A DNA stretch of 64,000 nt from Planctomycetota bacterium. Its GTDB lineage: Bacteria; Planctomycetota; JAJSAM01; JAJVHW01. The stretch lies in contig CBDFJG010000003.1 of assembly GCA_965248445.1 (NCBI GenBank), positions 768,001-832,000 on the forward strand, in the 5' to 3' direction. A model generated the notes under the pieces. That model was not told the origin of the DNA. It saw only the letters and a program-made list of their open reading frames with translations, and did not search any database. Positions 15,461-26,890 of the stretch are shown in pieces (position 1 is the stretch's first letter; the number at the start of each line of letters is the position of its first letter). The translations under genes were made by a program, and so were the position numbers.

Positions 15461-16471
15461 CTACCAACCGCCCCCTTCCTCTTCCTGCCGCGACTTGCAC
15501 GCGATGCAGAGACGCGTGTGCGGGAGCACCTCGAGCCGTGCCTTCGGGATCAGCTCCTCACAGTCCTCGCAGAGTCCATAGGTGCCAAGTTCGATCCGGC
15601 GGATTGCCTCGTCCACGTCCCGCAGCGCCTCGGACTTGCTCTCGATCAGGGAGAGGTTGAAGTCCATCTCGAAGCTCTCCGACCCGTAGTCGGCCATGTG
15701 GTCGATCCGCACGTCCTGCTCGGCGCTCTCGAGGACGCCCTCCTCGAGCTTCCCTGCCTGCCCCACCAGAAGCCGGCGCAGCGCGATCAGCCGCGCGATC
15801 CACGTTCGGTACGTACGGCGGAACGGCCCCGGTGCCTTCTTCGGCTTGGGCGGCTTGACAACGAGGTCAACGGGCGCCGCGGGCCTCTTCTTCGGGGCCG
15901 GCTTCTTGGCAGCGGGCTTCTTCGCCGCGGGCTTCGCTGCCGACTTCTTGGCCGGCTTCTTGGGGGGCTTCCTGGCAGCCGCTCTCTTGACGGGCCTCTT
16001 CACCGGCTTCTTCGCAGAGTTCTTCTTCGCAGCCCTCTTCTTGGCTGGCTTCTTGGCGGGCTTCTTCACGGGCTTCTTCACGGGCTTGCGCGCGGCCGTC
16101 TTCTTGACAGTCTTCCGAGCTGCAGTCTTCCGAGCCCCAGTCTTCCGGGCCAGACGGCTGCGAGAACTGGCCCGCCTCGCCGTCGAGCGCTTCGCGGACG
16201 GCTTCTTGGCGCCGGTCCGCTTCGCCCCGCGGCTGGAGGCGCGGGCCTTGCTGGCCGATTTCTTCGCTGGGGCGGCCCGCTTCGGCGCTGCCCGCTTCGC
16301 GGTGGCTCGCTTCGCGCTGGACTTGCGAGCCGCCGTCTTCCGCGGCGAGGTCCTCCCGGACGTGCTCTTCCTGGCCGACGACCTTCTGCCCGCCGAGCCC
16401 CTGCCCGACGAATCCCTGCCCGAAGGCGCCTTCCGTGACCGAGCCGAGGACGTCTCGGCGGACCTGGCCAT
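15461..16471 (-). CDS. TraR/DksA C4 zinc-finger family protein with a long Lys/Arg/Ala/Pro-rich histone-like N-terminal extension
   Basis: C-terminus has HMAD at the coiled-coil tip and GTYGLCEDC...RLEVLPHTRLCIAC. ATG 16471 follows the RBS GGAAGGAGGAG. Confidence 0.9.
   Translation of the reverse strand: MARSAETSSARSRKAPSGRDSSGRGSAGRRSSARKSTSGRTSPRKTAARKSSAKRATAKRAAPKRAAPAKKSASKARASSRGAKRTGAKKPSAKRSTARRASSRSRLARKTGARKTAARKTVKKTAARKPVKKPVKKPAKKPAKKRAAKKNSAKKPVKRPVKRAAARKPPKKPAKKSAAKPAAKKPAAKKPAPKKRPAAPVDLVVKPPKPKKAPGPFRRTYRTWIARLIALRRLLVGQAGKLEEGVLESAEQDVRIDHMADYGSESFEMDFNLSLIESKSEALRDVDEAIRRIELGTYGLCEDCEELIPKARLEVLPHTRLCIACKSRQEEEGGGW
15890..16180 (-). repeat. 12/15-bp coding tandem repeats (KKPV/KKPA/AAKKP peptides)
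   Basis: Repeated GGCTTCTT units on the + strand. Translation includes KKPVKKPVKKPAKKPAKK...KPAAKKPAAKKPAPKK. Confidence 0.75.
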
Positions 16472-16565
16472 CGTCTCCTCCTTCCGCCCGCCTTCCCCGA
16501 TCGGGGTGCCGGGCGAGCCTGGCGACGGACGGCGAATCCGGCCGCAGCGCCGCGAAGCGGCGGGG

Positions 16566-16594
16566 AGTATAGGTCCGCCCAGGCACCTCCACAA
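16566..16594 (-). promoter_or_regulatory. Sigma70-type promoter of the dksA-like/lspA/pyrD/secA operon
   Basis: Minus strand reads TTGTGG-N17-TATACT, ~95 bp upstream of the ATG. Confidence 0.55.
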
Positions 16595-16636
16595 GCCAAA
16601 CAGGCCAGCGTCCGGCGCAGCAGAAGAACGACTCAA

Positions 16637-17551
16637 GTGACACAGGAAACGCCACTTACGACGGCAGGCACAGCGATGGTGCGGGACTACCTCGCCTGGT
16701 TGCGCGTGGAGTGCGGGGCACAGCCGCAGACTCTCGAGGCGTACGCGGCGGATCTGGCTCTCTACGAGGCGTCCCTCGCGGGGCGCGACATCGGCCTCGC
16801 CGGGCGGGACGACGTCCTGATGTTCGTGGCCGGCGAGGAGTCCCGCGGCATGTCGGCGGCCACCCAAGCCCGACGGCTCGTGGCCGTGCGGACGCTCCAC
16901 CGCTGGCTGCACGCCGAGGGGCGGACGGCGGACGATCCCGCGGCCGAGGTGGACTGTCCGACGCTCTGGGACCGCATCCCGGGGTACCTGACGCTCGAGC
17001 AGGTCGAGCGTTTGCTGGCCCCGGACGACGAGGCGACTCCCCGCGCGCTGCGAGACCAGTGCGGGATCGAACTCCTCTACTCCTGCGGCCTGCGCGCGTC
17101 CGAGGTCGCGGCGCTCCGGCTCGACCGTGTGCGACGGGACGAGAGTGTCGTGCGGATCCGTGGCAAGGGCGGCAAGGACCGCATCGTGCCGTTCGGTGAG
17201 CGGGCCCGCGAGGCGCTGGACAGGTGGACCGACGAAGGCCGCCCTCACGTGGTTCCCACGTCCGGCGACGCGCCTCGGGAAGTGCTGCTCTCGCTGCGCG
17301 GCCGCCCCATCTCGCGCCAGGACGTCTGGCGGATCGTACGCGAACGGGCCGAGGCGCGCGGTCTCGACGGGAAGCTGTCTCCGCACACGCTGCGGCACTC
17401 GTTCGCCACACATCTGCTCACCGGCGGCGCCGATCTGCGCGTCGTGCAAGCGCTCCTCGGGCACGCATCCGTCAGCACGACGCAGATCTACACGCGCGTC
17501 GAAGCCGACCGCATGCAGGCGATGCACCGCAAGTTCCACCCGCGGAGCTGA
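16637..17551 (+). CDS. xerD: Site-specific tyrosine recombinase XerD
   Basis: ELLYSCGLRASE, GKGGKDRIVP, SPHTLRHSFATHLL.GGADLRVVQALLGH, TTQIYT, C-terminal FHPR. 304 aa. Confidence 0.88.
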   Translation: MTQETPLTTAGTAMVRDYLAWLRVECGAQPQTLEAYAADLALYEASLAGRDIGLAGRDDVLMFVAGEESRGMSAATQARRLVAVRTLHRWLHAEGRTADDPAAEVDCPTLWDRIPGYLTLEQVERLLAPDDEATPRALRDQCGIELLYSCGLRASEVAALRLDRVRRDESVVRIRGKGGKDRIVPFGERAREALDRWTDEGRPHVVPTSGDAPREVLLSLRGRPISRQDVWRIVRERAEARGLDGKLSPHTLRHSFATHLLTGGADLRVVQALLGHASVSTTQIYTRVEADRMQAMHRKFHPRS

Positions 17552-17570
17552 GCGTCACTCGCTCTGCGAC

Positions 17571-18065
17571 TCACTTCGGCTCGCCACGCGACGCCGGACC
17601 GCCCTGTGCGCGGACGACGCTCTCGATGCGGCCCAGCCCCGTCTTGAGCACCGTCGTCATGCACGCGACGCAGACCACGACGAGAACCCAGAGTGCCAAG
17701 CCCATGCGAATCGTCTCGAGCGGAGTCGTGTTCTCCGTGCGGGCACGCAGTGAACGGCGGGCGACGAAGCCTGCGATCAGGAACACGAAGAGCGGCGCGA
17801 ACCCCAGCAGAGCTGTCGGCCGGATGTCTCCGGCGCTGTCGTGGCGGAACATGTCGATGGTGAACCACGCGATGGCCCCCGCGACCATCACGAAGGTCGC
17901 CGAGAAGATGTCGACCGCCGAGATCCACGTCGGCTCGATGAGCACGCGGCACTCCGGACACCGGACGCGAAGGGCCGCCCGACCGATGTGCGCACCGCAC
18001 GCCGGACAGCACCCCGGCTCCGGTGTCGAATCGGGCTTTCGCGGCGATGAGGTCTCCATCCGCAC
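17571..18065 (-). CDS. Small membrane protein with an N-terminal zinc ribbon
   Basis: CPACG...CPEC followed by three hydrophobic helices. Confidence 0.65.
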   Translation of the reverse strand: MRMETSSPRKPDSTPEPGCCPACGAHIGRAALRVRCPECRVLIEPTWISAVDIFSATFVMVAGAIAWFTIDMFRHDSAGDIRPTALLGFAPLFVFLIAGFVARRSLRARTENTTPLETIRMGLALWVLVVVCVACMTTVLKTGLGRIESVVRAQGGPASRGEPK

Positions 18066-18090
18066 ACTCTAGTCATGGCCGCAGGCGGCA

Positions 18091-19967
18091 TCACGCGTCG
18101 TCGGCGAGGTGCTCCTTGATGCGGAGTGCACGCTTCTTACCGATGCCGGGCACGGCGAGCAGATCGTCGAGGCTCGCTTCGCGGACCGCCTGGACGCTGC
18201 CGAAGCGGGTCAACAACTCACGGCGCCACTTGTCGCCGACACCCTCGATGCGGTCGAGCGCCGACTCGACGGCCATCTTCGAGCGCAGCTTGCGGTGGTA
18301 CTGGATCGCGAACCGGTGGGCTTCGTCCCGGATCCGCGCGAGCAGATGCGTCGCGGCGGAGTCCGCGGGCGGGATGACCGCATCCGCCCGCCCCGGCACG
18401 AACACGCGCTCGAAAGCCCCCGCGCCGCCGCGGCCGGCACGCGCCTTGGCGAGGGCGACAACCGGCGGATCGCTCACACCCACTTCGTGCAGGGCCGCGC
18501 GCGCCGACGAGAGTTGCCCCTTCCCGCCGTCCACGACGATCAGGTCCGGGTGGTGGCCCGTGTCGTCGTCCTCATGGGTGCGGTAGCGGCGGTAGAGGAT
18601 CTCGCGCATCGACGCGAAGTCGTCGTTCGCCTGCTTCTCCCGCACGCGGTAGTGCCGCCACGCGCCGCGCTCGGGACGGCCGTCGACGAAACGGACCATC
18701 GACGCGACGACCTCCCGCCCCTGCAGGTGGCTGACGTCGAAGCACTCGATGACCGCCGGCGGCCCGGGCAGGTGCAGCAGCTCCGCGAGTTGGGCCAGCG
18801 CGGCGAGCACGGCGGCCCGGTCCCGCCGGTGCGAACCGAGCGCGACGGTGGCGTTCTTCCGCGCCATCTCCATGAGTTCTCGTCCCCCACCCCGCTGCGG
18901 TACGCGCACGTCCACCTGGGCACCGCGCACTCCGGATAGATAGCCCTCGACGAGCTCCAGTTCCTCCGGCTCGTCGGAAACAAGCACCTCAGGCGGGACG
19001 TACTTGGTCTCGTCGTAGAACTGCACCAGGAACGCCCGCATGAGGTCGCCGGAACCCCCCGCGGCGCCGGGCAGCGGGTAGCTGCGCGCGGAGACGACCG
19101 CGCCGTCCCGCACGAACAGCACCTGTGCAACGGCCATGCTGGGGCCTCCCTCCGCCGCTTCGTCCTGCGTGCTCGCCACCGCCACGAAGTCGCGGTCTAC
19201 TCCGTCGGGCGCGGCAACCCGCTGGCTCTCCAGCGTCCGCTCGAGCGCGCGCAGCCGGTCGCGCACGCGTGCCGCGCTCTCGAAGCGCAGCGCCAGCGAG
19301 TCCTCGTCCATGCGCGCCCGCATGTCCCGCAGCACGTCCGGGCGGCGCCCGCGCAGGAGGTCGAGCGTTCCCTCGACCATCGCAGCGTAGTCCTCCGACG
19401 ACACGAGATCGTGGCACGGCGCCGCACACCGCTCGAGCTGGTAGTAGAGGCACGGTGCCGGAATCGTGTCCAGCGTGCGATCCGAACAGGAGCGCAGAGG
19501 GAAAACCTCGCGCAGCGCCGTCAGCGTCGCACGCAAGGCACCGGCATCGGCGTACGGCCCGAAGTACAGGGCGCCGTCCTTGCGGAATCGCCGTACGAGC
19601 GTGATTCGCGGCCAGGCGTGCTGCAGATCCACCCGGAGGCACAGGTAGCGCTTGTCGTCGCGCAGCCGGACGTTGCCCGGCGGGCGCTCCTTCTTGATGA
19701 ACGAGTTCTCGAGCACCAGGGCCTCGGCCGCGCTCGTCGTGGTAACGACTTGGACGTCGCGCCAGCGACGCAGGTACGGCACGAGGTGCGGCCGCTCCTG
19801 CGCGCCCTTCGTCAGGTACGAACGCACACGGGAGCGCAAGCTCGTCGCCTTGCCGACGTAGAGGACGCGGCCGCTGCCATCCTTCAGCAGGTAGATCCCC
19901 GGCGTGGTGGGCAGCTTCGCGACGCGCGTGCGCAGCGCCTCGGCGGCTTCGGCCGGGACCGGACTGC

Positions 19968-19971
<4 letters not shown>
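18091..19971 (-). CDS. uvrC: Excinuclease ABC subunit C
   Basis: GIY-YIG (PGIYLL...LYVGKA..LRSRV), [30 protein letters not shown] and a C-terminal HhH. Confidence 0.97.
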
Positions 19972-22010
<2,039 letters not shown>

Positions 22011-22139
22011 TCTCGCAGCCCCCCTCGGAAGCGCCGCCGGCCCGGGTGCGCGGCGTCGAAGCCTCGACACCGCGACACGGCGATGCCACGATGGGGCTTG
22101 GTCGAGTCCACGGTCGAGCCGTGACGGAAGGTGCTGCCG

Positions 22140-23309
22140 ATGTCCGAAGAAATCGTCTCCTGTTCAGGCTGTGGAAAGAAGTTCCGCATACCCGACGGTG
22201 CACCGCCGGGGGCCTTCGACTGCACCGCGTGCGGCGCGTCGGTCGCGTACGGCGGCGCGGCCGCCGTCGCGACCGGGGGCGCGAGGCCCTCACGCTCCTC
22301 CGGCCGCAAGCGCGGCAAGTCCTCGCGCCGGTCGTCGCGGAGCGCCGCCGCGGCCAAGGGTTCGGCAACGGGTTCGGCCAAGGGCTCCTCGAAGAGCCGG
22401 CGCGGGAGGCGTTCGCGCGACGCCGAACCCGAGCCGGAGGAGACCGGCCGCCGCGGACGCCGCGGTGCGCGGGGCCGAGAGCGACCGGAGAAGCAGAGCA
22501 AGACCCTGCCGTTGATCATCGGGATCATGGGATGCGTCCTGCTCGCGGCGATCCTGATCATCGCGTTCACCGGCGGCGACAAGAAGAAGGGCGGCGGTGA
22601 CGACGTCGTCGTGCCGGAGGACAACGGTGGCGACGGCGGGCTCACGACCGGCGACGGCACGGGCACGACGTCGGGCGGCGGAGAGGACCCCGGCACGTCC
22701 GGAACCGAGACACCGAGCGGCGACACCACCGGTACTGGAACGGCCGGTGATGGCGTCGGCGACGAGTCGTCGGGCGGCGGCATCACCAGCACCCCGCCGG
22801 AGGACAACAGCGGCATCGGCGACTCGACCGGCGGTGAGTTCGAGCTGAAGGACTATCGCCACTACTTCCTCCTCCCCCTCGACGAGCTCTTCCAGCACGC
22901 CGAACCGATCGAGGGAACCACCGACGCGGAAATCGCCGCGATGACGCAGCAGGTGGTCGAGTTCGTCGACATGGACTCGGGCGCTGCCGGAATGCGTGCA
23001 GGCAACGCGCTCGAGAAGGTCGGCGCGAAGGCGATGCCGTTCCTCATCAACGCGATGTGTGACCAGTGGAACGGTGGCAAGTGGGCCGCGGAGAACGAGC
23101 AGTGGGCGTCTTGGCAGCTCCAGCAGACCTGCCGCCGCCTGATCCAGGCCACCAAGATGCCGTCCGAATTCGAGGCCCGCTTCAACCCTGGCACAGAGAA
23201 TGAGCCGAAGATTTTCAAGCGCGCGTCTCGCATGTGGGTCGCCTGGTGGAAGGGCACGGGGCAGCACTTGAAGGAGTTCACCCCTTATCCGGAGGATGAA
23301 GAGGAGTGA
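22140..23309 (+). CDS. Bitopic membrane protein with N-terminal zinc ribbon, basic linker, TM helix, Gly/Thr/Asp linker and helical domain
   Basis: CSGCGKKF...CTACG, then [23 protein letters not shown] helix. Codon usage is gene-like. Confidence 0.8.
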   Translation: MSEEIVSCSGCGKKFRIPDGAPPGAFDCTACGASVAYGGAAAVATGGARPSRSSGRKRGKSSRRSSRSAAAAKGSATGSAKGSSKSRRGRRSRDAEPEPEETGRRGRRGARGRERPEKQSKTLPLIIGIMGCVLLAAILIIAFTGGDKKKGGGDDVVVPEDNGGDGGLTTGDGTGTTSGGGEDPGTSGTETPSGDTTGTGTAGDGVGDESSGGGITSTPPEDNSGIGDSTGGEFELKDYRHYFLLPLDELFQHAEPIEGTTDAEIAAMTQQVVEFVDMDSGAAGMRAGNALEKVGAKAMPFLINAMCDQWNGGKWAAENEQWASWQLQQTCRRLIQATKMPSEFEARFNPGTENEPKIFKRASRMWVAWWKGTGQHLKEFTPYPEDEEE

Positions 23310-23460
23310 GGGAGACCCCGCCTCGACAGGCAGCGCGTTCAAGGCCAGCGCACGACGAGCCGACGCACGACTGCCGCTGAGGCGCTTCCCCTCCGGCGGG
23401 GACGACTGAACGCCCGCGGCCCGAGTCCGCGCGCCAGCGGACGAGGGGTGAGTGACGGCG

Positions 23461-23518
23461 ACGCGCAGCGGTGCGAGGACTCTCCAGTGGAGAGTCCGAG
23501 AGGAGCGAACGCGCAGCG
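23461..23518. repeat. Palindromic intergenic (REP/MITE-like) element
   Basis: Perfect palindrome GGACTCTCCA-G-TGGAGAGTCC (23477-23497) bracketed by the direct repeat ACGCGCAGCG (23461-23470 and 23509-23518). Confidence 0.55.
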
Positions 23519-23580
23519 AAGGCGAAACGCCGGAGCGGAGGGCGGAGCAGTGAACAACGGCGGCAGCTCGCAGCAGGCGG

Positions 23581-23602
23581 ACCCGCCGCCTGAGCGGCGG
23601 GT
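23581..23602. terminator. Hairpin just downstream of the NIL gene, between convergent genes
   Basis: ACCCGCCGC-CTGA-GCGGCGGGT. Confidence 0.55.
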
Positions 23603-23604
23603 AG

Positions 23605-23841
23605 CTAGCCGTCGCTGTCGCTCAGCCGCTCAACCTGCACGCCGAGACCGCCCAGGTGCGTGATCGTCTCTTCGATGGCGTCGGGCTCGCCGTCGATCTG
23701 AAGCGCCACCAGCGCGATCTCGGACGTGATGCTCGCCCCGCGGATGTTCGTGCGGACGCCGAAGCGCTGCGTGACGTCATACAGCACGGGCTCGCTGATC
23801 AGCCTCTGCGGGAAGGTCAGGAAGACTCGGGTGGTCGCCAT
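23605..23841 (-). CDS. Stand-alone NIL-domain protein
   Basis: 78 aa: RVFLTFPQRLISEPVLYDVTQRFGVRTNIRGASI...LQIDGEPDAIEETITHLGGLGVQVE. This matches the NIL (ACT-like) domain pattern. Confidence 0.85.
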   Translation of the reverse strand: MATTRVFLTFPQRLISEPVLYDVTQRFGVRTNIRGASITSEIALVALQIDGEPDAIEETITHLGGLGVQVERLSDSDG

Positions 23842-24581
23842 GGACACAGCGTACCGGCCCACCGCCCGGGAAGCAGAAGCAGGATTCCACCGAGCCCGAG
23901 TAAGCACGCACTGAAGGCGAACGGCGACGGTGGCGGGCTGGGGTAGTACTGCCCGATCACGGAGAGCCCCTCCCCGCCCCGCTCCGGTCCGTCGTACATC
24001 ATCTTGGAGGCGAGCCAGTCCACCCCCGCCCCGCCGCGCACGGACGTGACCGCGGCCAGGGGACTGGCGAGAAGGACGCGCCGCGCGCGAACGGGACTCG
24101 CGGGCGTCGAGCCGTGCCACTCGATCCACGGATCTGCCACGAAGAGCGCGCCGATCAGGACAAGCGGGAGCGCCGCCGCAGGCAGCACGGCCTCTGCACT
24201 GTCGAGACCGAACAGTCGCGCGGTGCGCGCGACAAGGACTGCCAGAACGCCGCACGCGCAGGGAACCAGGGCCGCCCCCAATCCGGCGGCGCCGGCACGC
24301 GCGATGAGCGAACACAGTGCCGCCCCCACGAGCGTGCCCGCGGCGAGGAGTCCCATGGTCCGAAGCGTGGGGCGACGCGACACGTGCCGCGCTCCCATGG
24401 CACCGCCCGCAACGCTCGCCACGACAAGCCAGATCGTGAGCACCGCGGCGGCACGCTCGGCCGGCAGCGCCTCGGCCACCAGGCCGCGCACTCCCAATCC
24501 GACGGCGCTGCCGACGAGAGCACCGCCGACGAGAACACGGGAGACGACGGCCACGAGAGCGGCGCGCGCGTCGCGACTCAC
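23817..24581 (-). CDS. Hypothetical polytopic membrane protein
   Basis: Six or more hydrophobic segments. GTG start overlaps the upstream stop (GTGA at 24578-24581). Confidence 0.7.
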   Translation of the reverse strand: MSRDARAALVAVVSRVLVGGALVGSAVGLGVRGLVAEALPAERAAAVLTIWLVVASVAGGAMGARHVSRRPTLRTMGLLAAGTLVGAALCSLIARAGAAGLGAALVPCACGVLAVLVARTARLFGLDSAEAVLPAAALPLVLIGALFVADPWIEWHGSTPASPVRARRVLLASPLAAVTSVRGGAGVDWLASKMMYDGPERGGEGLSVIGQYYPSPPPSPFAFSACLLGLGGILLLLPGRWAGTLCPWRPPESS

Positions 24582-25795
24582 TCGACGCAGGACGCCAGCG
24601 CGGTCAGGGCGTAGCTCGTCGCGAGGATGGGGTTGCCCTCCATCCAGCGCTCCGAGTTCTCGTTCAGCCACGAGCCGTCGTCCCGCTGGCGCGCGAGCAG
24701 TGCACGGGAGAGCGCAGCGCGCCATTTCACCTTACCCGTCGGCGCGTCGACCTCGTCGACTCCGGCGAGTGGCAGCGTCTTGCCCATCGTTGCGTAGTAG
24801 TAGTACAGGCCCTCGAAGCGCTGTTTCTCGGCCATCCCCGGGTTGTGCTCGAGTGTCCAGTTGTCCGTCACCCAGTCGAGGGCCGACTTCACGCGCGGGT
24901 CCGAAGCATCGAGGCCCGCGAAGTGGTAGCACCGCAGGAGCGCGTACGTCATCGATCCGTACGAGCGCAGACGACCGCTGCCGTCGGGTAGTTCGTCGAC
25001 GCCACCCTTGCTGTTCCCGGGGAAGTAGTTGGCCCCGCCGTCGTTGCCCCGCACGACTGTCTTGCCGGTCTTCGGGTCCTCCCACTTGGTGGGCTCGCCC
25101 GGGCCTTCGTTCTCCTTGCGGTTGTGCGTGCGCTGCAAGAACGTGATGGCGCGCTGGAACACCGGGTCGTCCTCGGTGATCCCGGCCGCGCGAAGACTTG
25201 CAAGTGCGTACTGCGTGTTGGAGAGGTCGGAGCGCGTGTTGTCCGAGCCGTACCCGATGCCGCCGTACGTCGGGTTCGTCTCGTCGAGGCGCTGCAGCGA
25301 CTTGATGAACTTCGTCGCCTGCTCGACTTCGTCCTTGTACTCGGCCTTGCCGGACGCGGCGAGCGCCATGATCACGACGGCCGTCTCGTAGTTGGGGCGG
25401 TACGACTCGTCCACGCTGCCGGTCGTGTTGATCGACTTGGCGATGAACGCGAGCCCCAGGTCGATCGCCTCGCGGTCGGCGTCGTTCGGACCGCCAGGCC
25501 GCTCGAGCATGTTCGCGAGCGCGAGGGCGGTCAGGCCGACCTGCGGACCCTGGCCCTCGATCGAGATCACCCCGTCCTGCATGACGTTCCGCAGGAATGC
25601 GGTGCCGCGGTCGTAGGAGGCCAGGATCGCGTCCGGAGCGGGCGCCTCGACGACCTCTACCTCGGCGCTTCCGGCATCCGGAGCGGTCTGGGCATCCTCG
25701 CCGCAGCCGCCGACGACCAAAGCGGCCAGTGCCAGGCTCGTCAGACAGGCGGCCCGGAGGCCGTTCTCAAGCGTCGTCAGCGTCTTCATCGTCAT
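24578..25795 (-). CDS. Prenyltransferase/squalene-oxidase-repeat (alpha/alpha barrel) lipoprotein
   Basis: Lipobox LVVGG|C. QW-like repeats YGGIGY, NDGGANY, RQRDDGSW. Also RSDLSNT, SYGSMTY, GLYYYY and LATSYAL. Confidence 0.85.
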   Translation of the reverse strand: MTMKTLTTLENGLRAACLTSLALAALVVGGCGEDAQTAPDAGSAEVEVVEAPAPDAILASYDRGTAFLRNVMQDGVISIEGQGPQVGLTALALANMLERPGGPNDADREAIDLGLAFIAKSINTTGSVDESYRPNYETAVVIMALAASGKAEYKDEVEQATKFIKSLQRLDETNPTYGGIGYGSDNTRSDLSNTQYALASLRAAGITEDDPVFQRAITFLQRTHNRKENEGPGEPTKWEDPKTGKTVVRGNDGGANYFPGNSKGGVDELPDGSGRLRSYGSMTYALLRCYHFAGLDASDPRVKSALDWVTDNWTLEHNPGMAEKQRFEGLYYYYATMGKTLPLAGVDEVDAPTGKVKWRAALSRALLARQRDDGSWLNENSERWMEGNPILATSYALTALASCVE

Positions 25796-25887
25796 CTGGC
25801 TCCTGCTCGTCGCAAGCCGGCCCATGGTAGGGCGTCCTCCATTCCAACGGAGAGCCGTCGGCGTGGTTCGGGGCGTTCGCGCCCGGT

Positions 25888-26766
25888 TCACCTCTCCCGC
25901 CGCACCGCCTCCAGAGCATCGAGGAACTTCTGGTTCTCTTCCAGTGCTTCGGTCGCGGCGTGGGTGGACCTGCTCGCCGCGATCATCAACTCCTGGAACA
26001 GCGGAGCCCGCTCGTCGAACAGGCGGAAGTACTCGGCCCACGCGTCGAACTCAGCGCTCAGGCGCCGGCCCTGCGCACCCTCGGGCAGCCGCGACGCGCG
26101 CAACTCCTCGATCTTGGGGAGCAGGTGACGCCGCATCGTTGCCTGGATCCGGTCGACGGGCACTGTGCCCTTCTCGAAATCGGAGAGCTGGTGGTTCTGG
26201 AAGTCCCCCACGAGCTGCGCCAACTGGCTGTGTCGATAGTCCGGGACATCGCCGGCCACACCGGCCATGTACTCGTTTGTTGCCGCCTCGGCCCGCGCCT
26301 GCGCCTCCAGCAAGTCGAGCAGCCCGCCATCGGCATCCCGCGCCCGCTCGTTCACGCTGCGCGCCTGCAACTCGAGCGACGCGAACTCGTAGCGAGCGGA
26401 CGCGAATGCGATCAGATGCTCGTGGGCGGCGGTGATGCGGGGATCGTCCGTCTCGAGTGCGCCCACCTCGTTCACCAACTCTGCGTAGAACGGCACCGCA
26501 TCGTCCTGCAGGAGCGCGTAGTACGACGGGTGCGCGGGGTCGTCCTGACGCAGTTTGATGACCTTGCTCCACCGCGTGTAGACGGCGGACTCGCTCTCGA
26601 GCAGCTTCTCGACCGCGGCGCTGTAGGTCGCGTACTCGACGGCCAGGTCGGATGCACCGCACGCGGTGACGCCGCTCAGCGCAGCGCCGGCGATAGCGAG
26701 CAGCCGCACCGCAACGCGAGCGCTGCTGTGCCAGATTCTGTGCCGGTCGAGATACGCAACGTGCAT
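25888..26766 (-). CDS. Hypothetical all-helical lipoprotein
   Basis: LLAIAGAALSGVTA|C lipobox followed by heptad-like helical sequence. Start is uncertain. Confidence 0.7.
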   Translation of the reverse strand: MHVAYLDRHRIWHSSARVAVRLLAIAGAALSGVTACGASDLAVEYATYSAAVEKLLESESAVYTRWSKVIKLRQDDPAHPSYYALLQDDAVPFYAELVNEVGALETDDPRITAAHEHLIAFASARYEFASLELQARSVNERARDADGGLLDLLEAQARAEAATNEYMAGVAGDVPDYRHSQLAQLVGDFQNHQLSDFEKGTVPVDRIQATMRRHLLPKIEELRASRLPEGAQGRRLSAEFDAWAEYFRLFDERAPLFQELMIAASRSTHAATEALEENQKFLDALEAVRRER

Positions 26767-26855
26767 CGATGGTGTTGGACGAGCGGGAGACCCGCAGGAC
26801 GAAACACGACCGCGCGGGAACCGCGCCTTGTAGCCGGACCCGCCGTCTGTTCCGG

Positions 26856-26864
26856 TGGTATACT
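26856..26864 (+). promoter_or_regulatory. Extended -10 promoter element for the ABC permease
   Basis: TGG-TATACT lies 26 bp upstream of ATG 26891, which is preceded by the RBS AAGGAG. Confidence 0.45.
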
Positions 26865-26890
26865 GCCCCTGCGAGCGAGGAAGGAGAACG

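Noticed and set aside
15890..16180. CRISPR array or non-coding repeat array
   Set aside because: The repeats are in-frame coding units without unique spacers. I saw no repeat-spacer array or cas gene anywhere in the window.
16472..17539. Long N-terminal extension of the 692-aa ORF 15461..17539
   Set aside because: This is the antisense shadow of xerD. The real start is ATG 16471, which has an RBS and a promoter.
16637..17551. Prophage or genomic-island integrase
   Set aside because: Length and motifs match chromosomal XerD. There is no tRNA, att repeat, phage gene or compositional shift nearby.
24578..25795. Squalene-hopene cyclase (shc) call
   Set aside because: The protein is a single barrel with a lipoprotein signal and no DxDD motif, and there are no hpn genes nearby.
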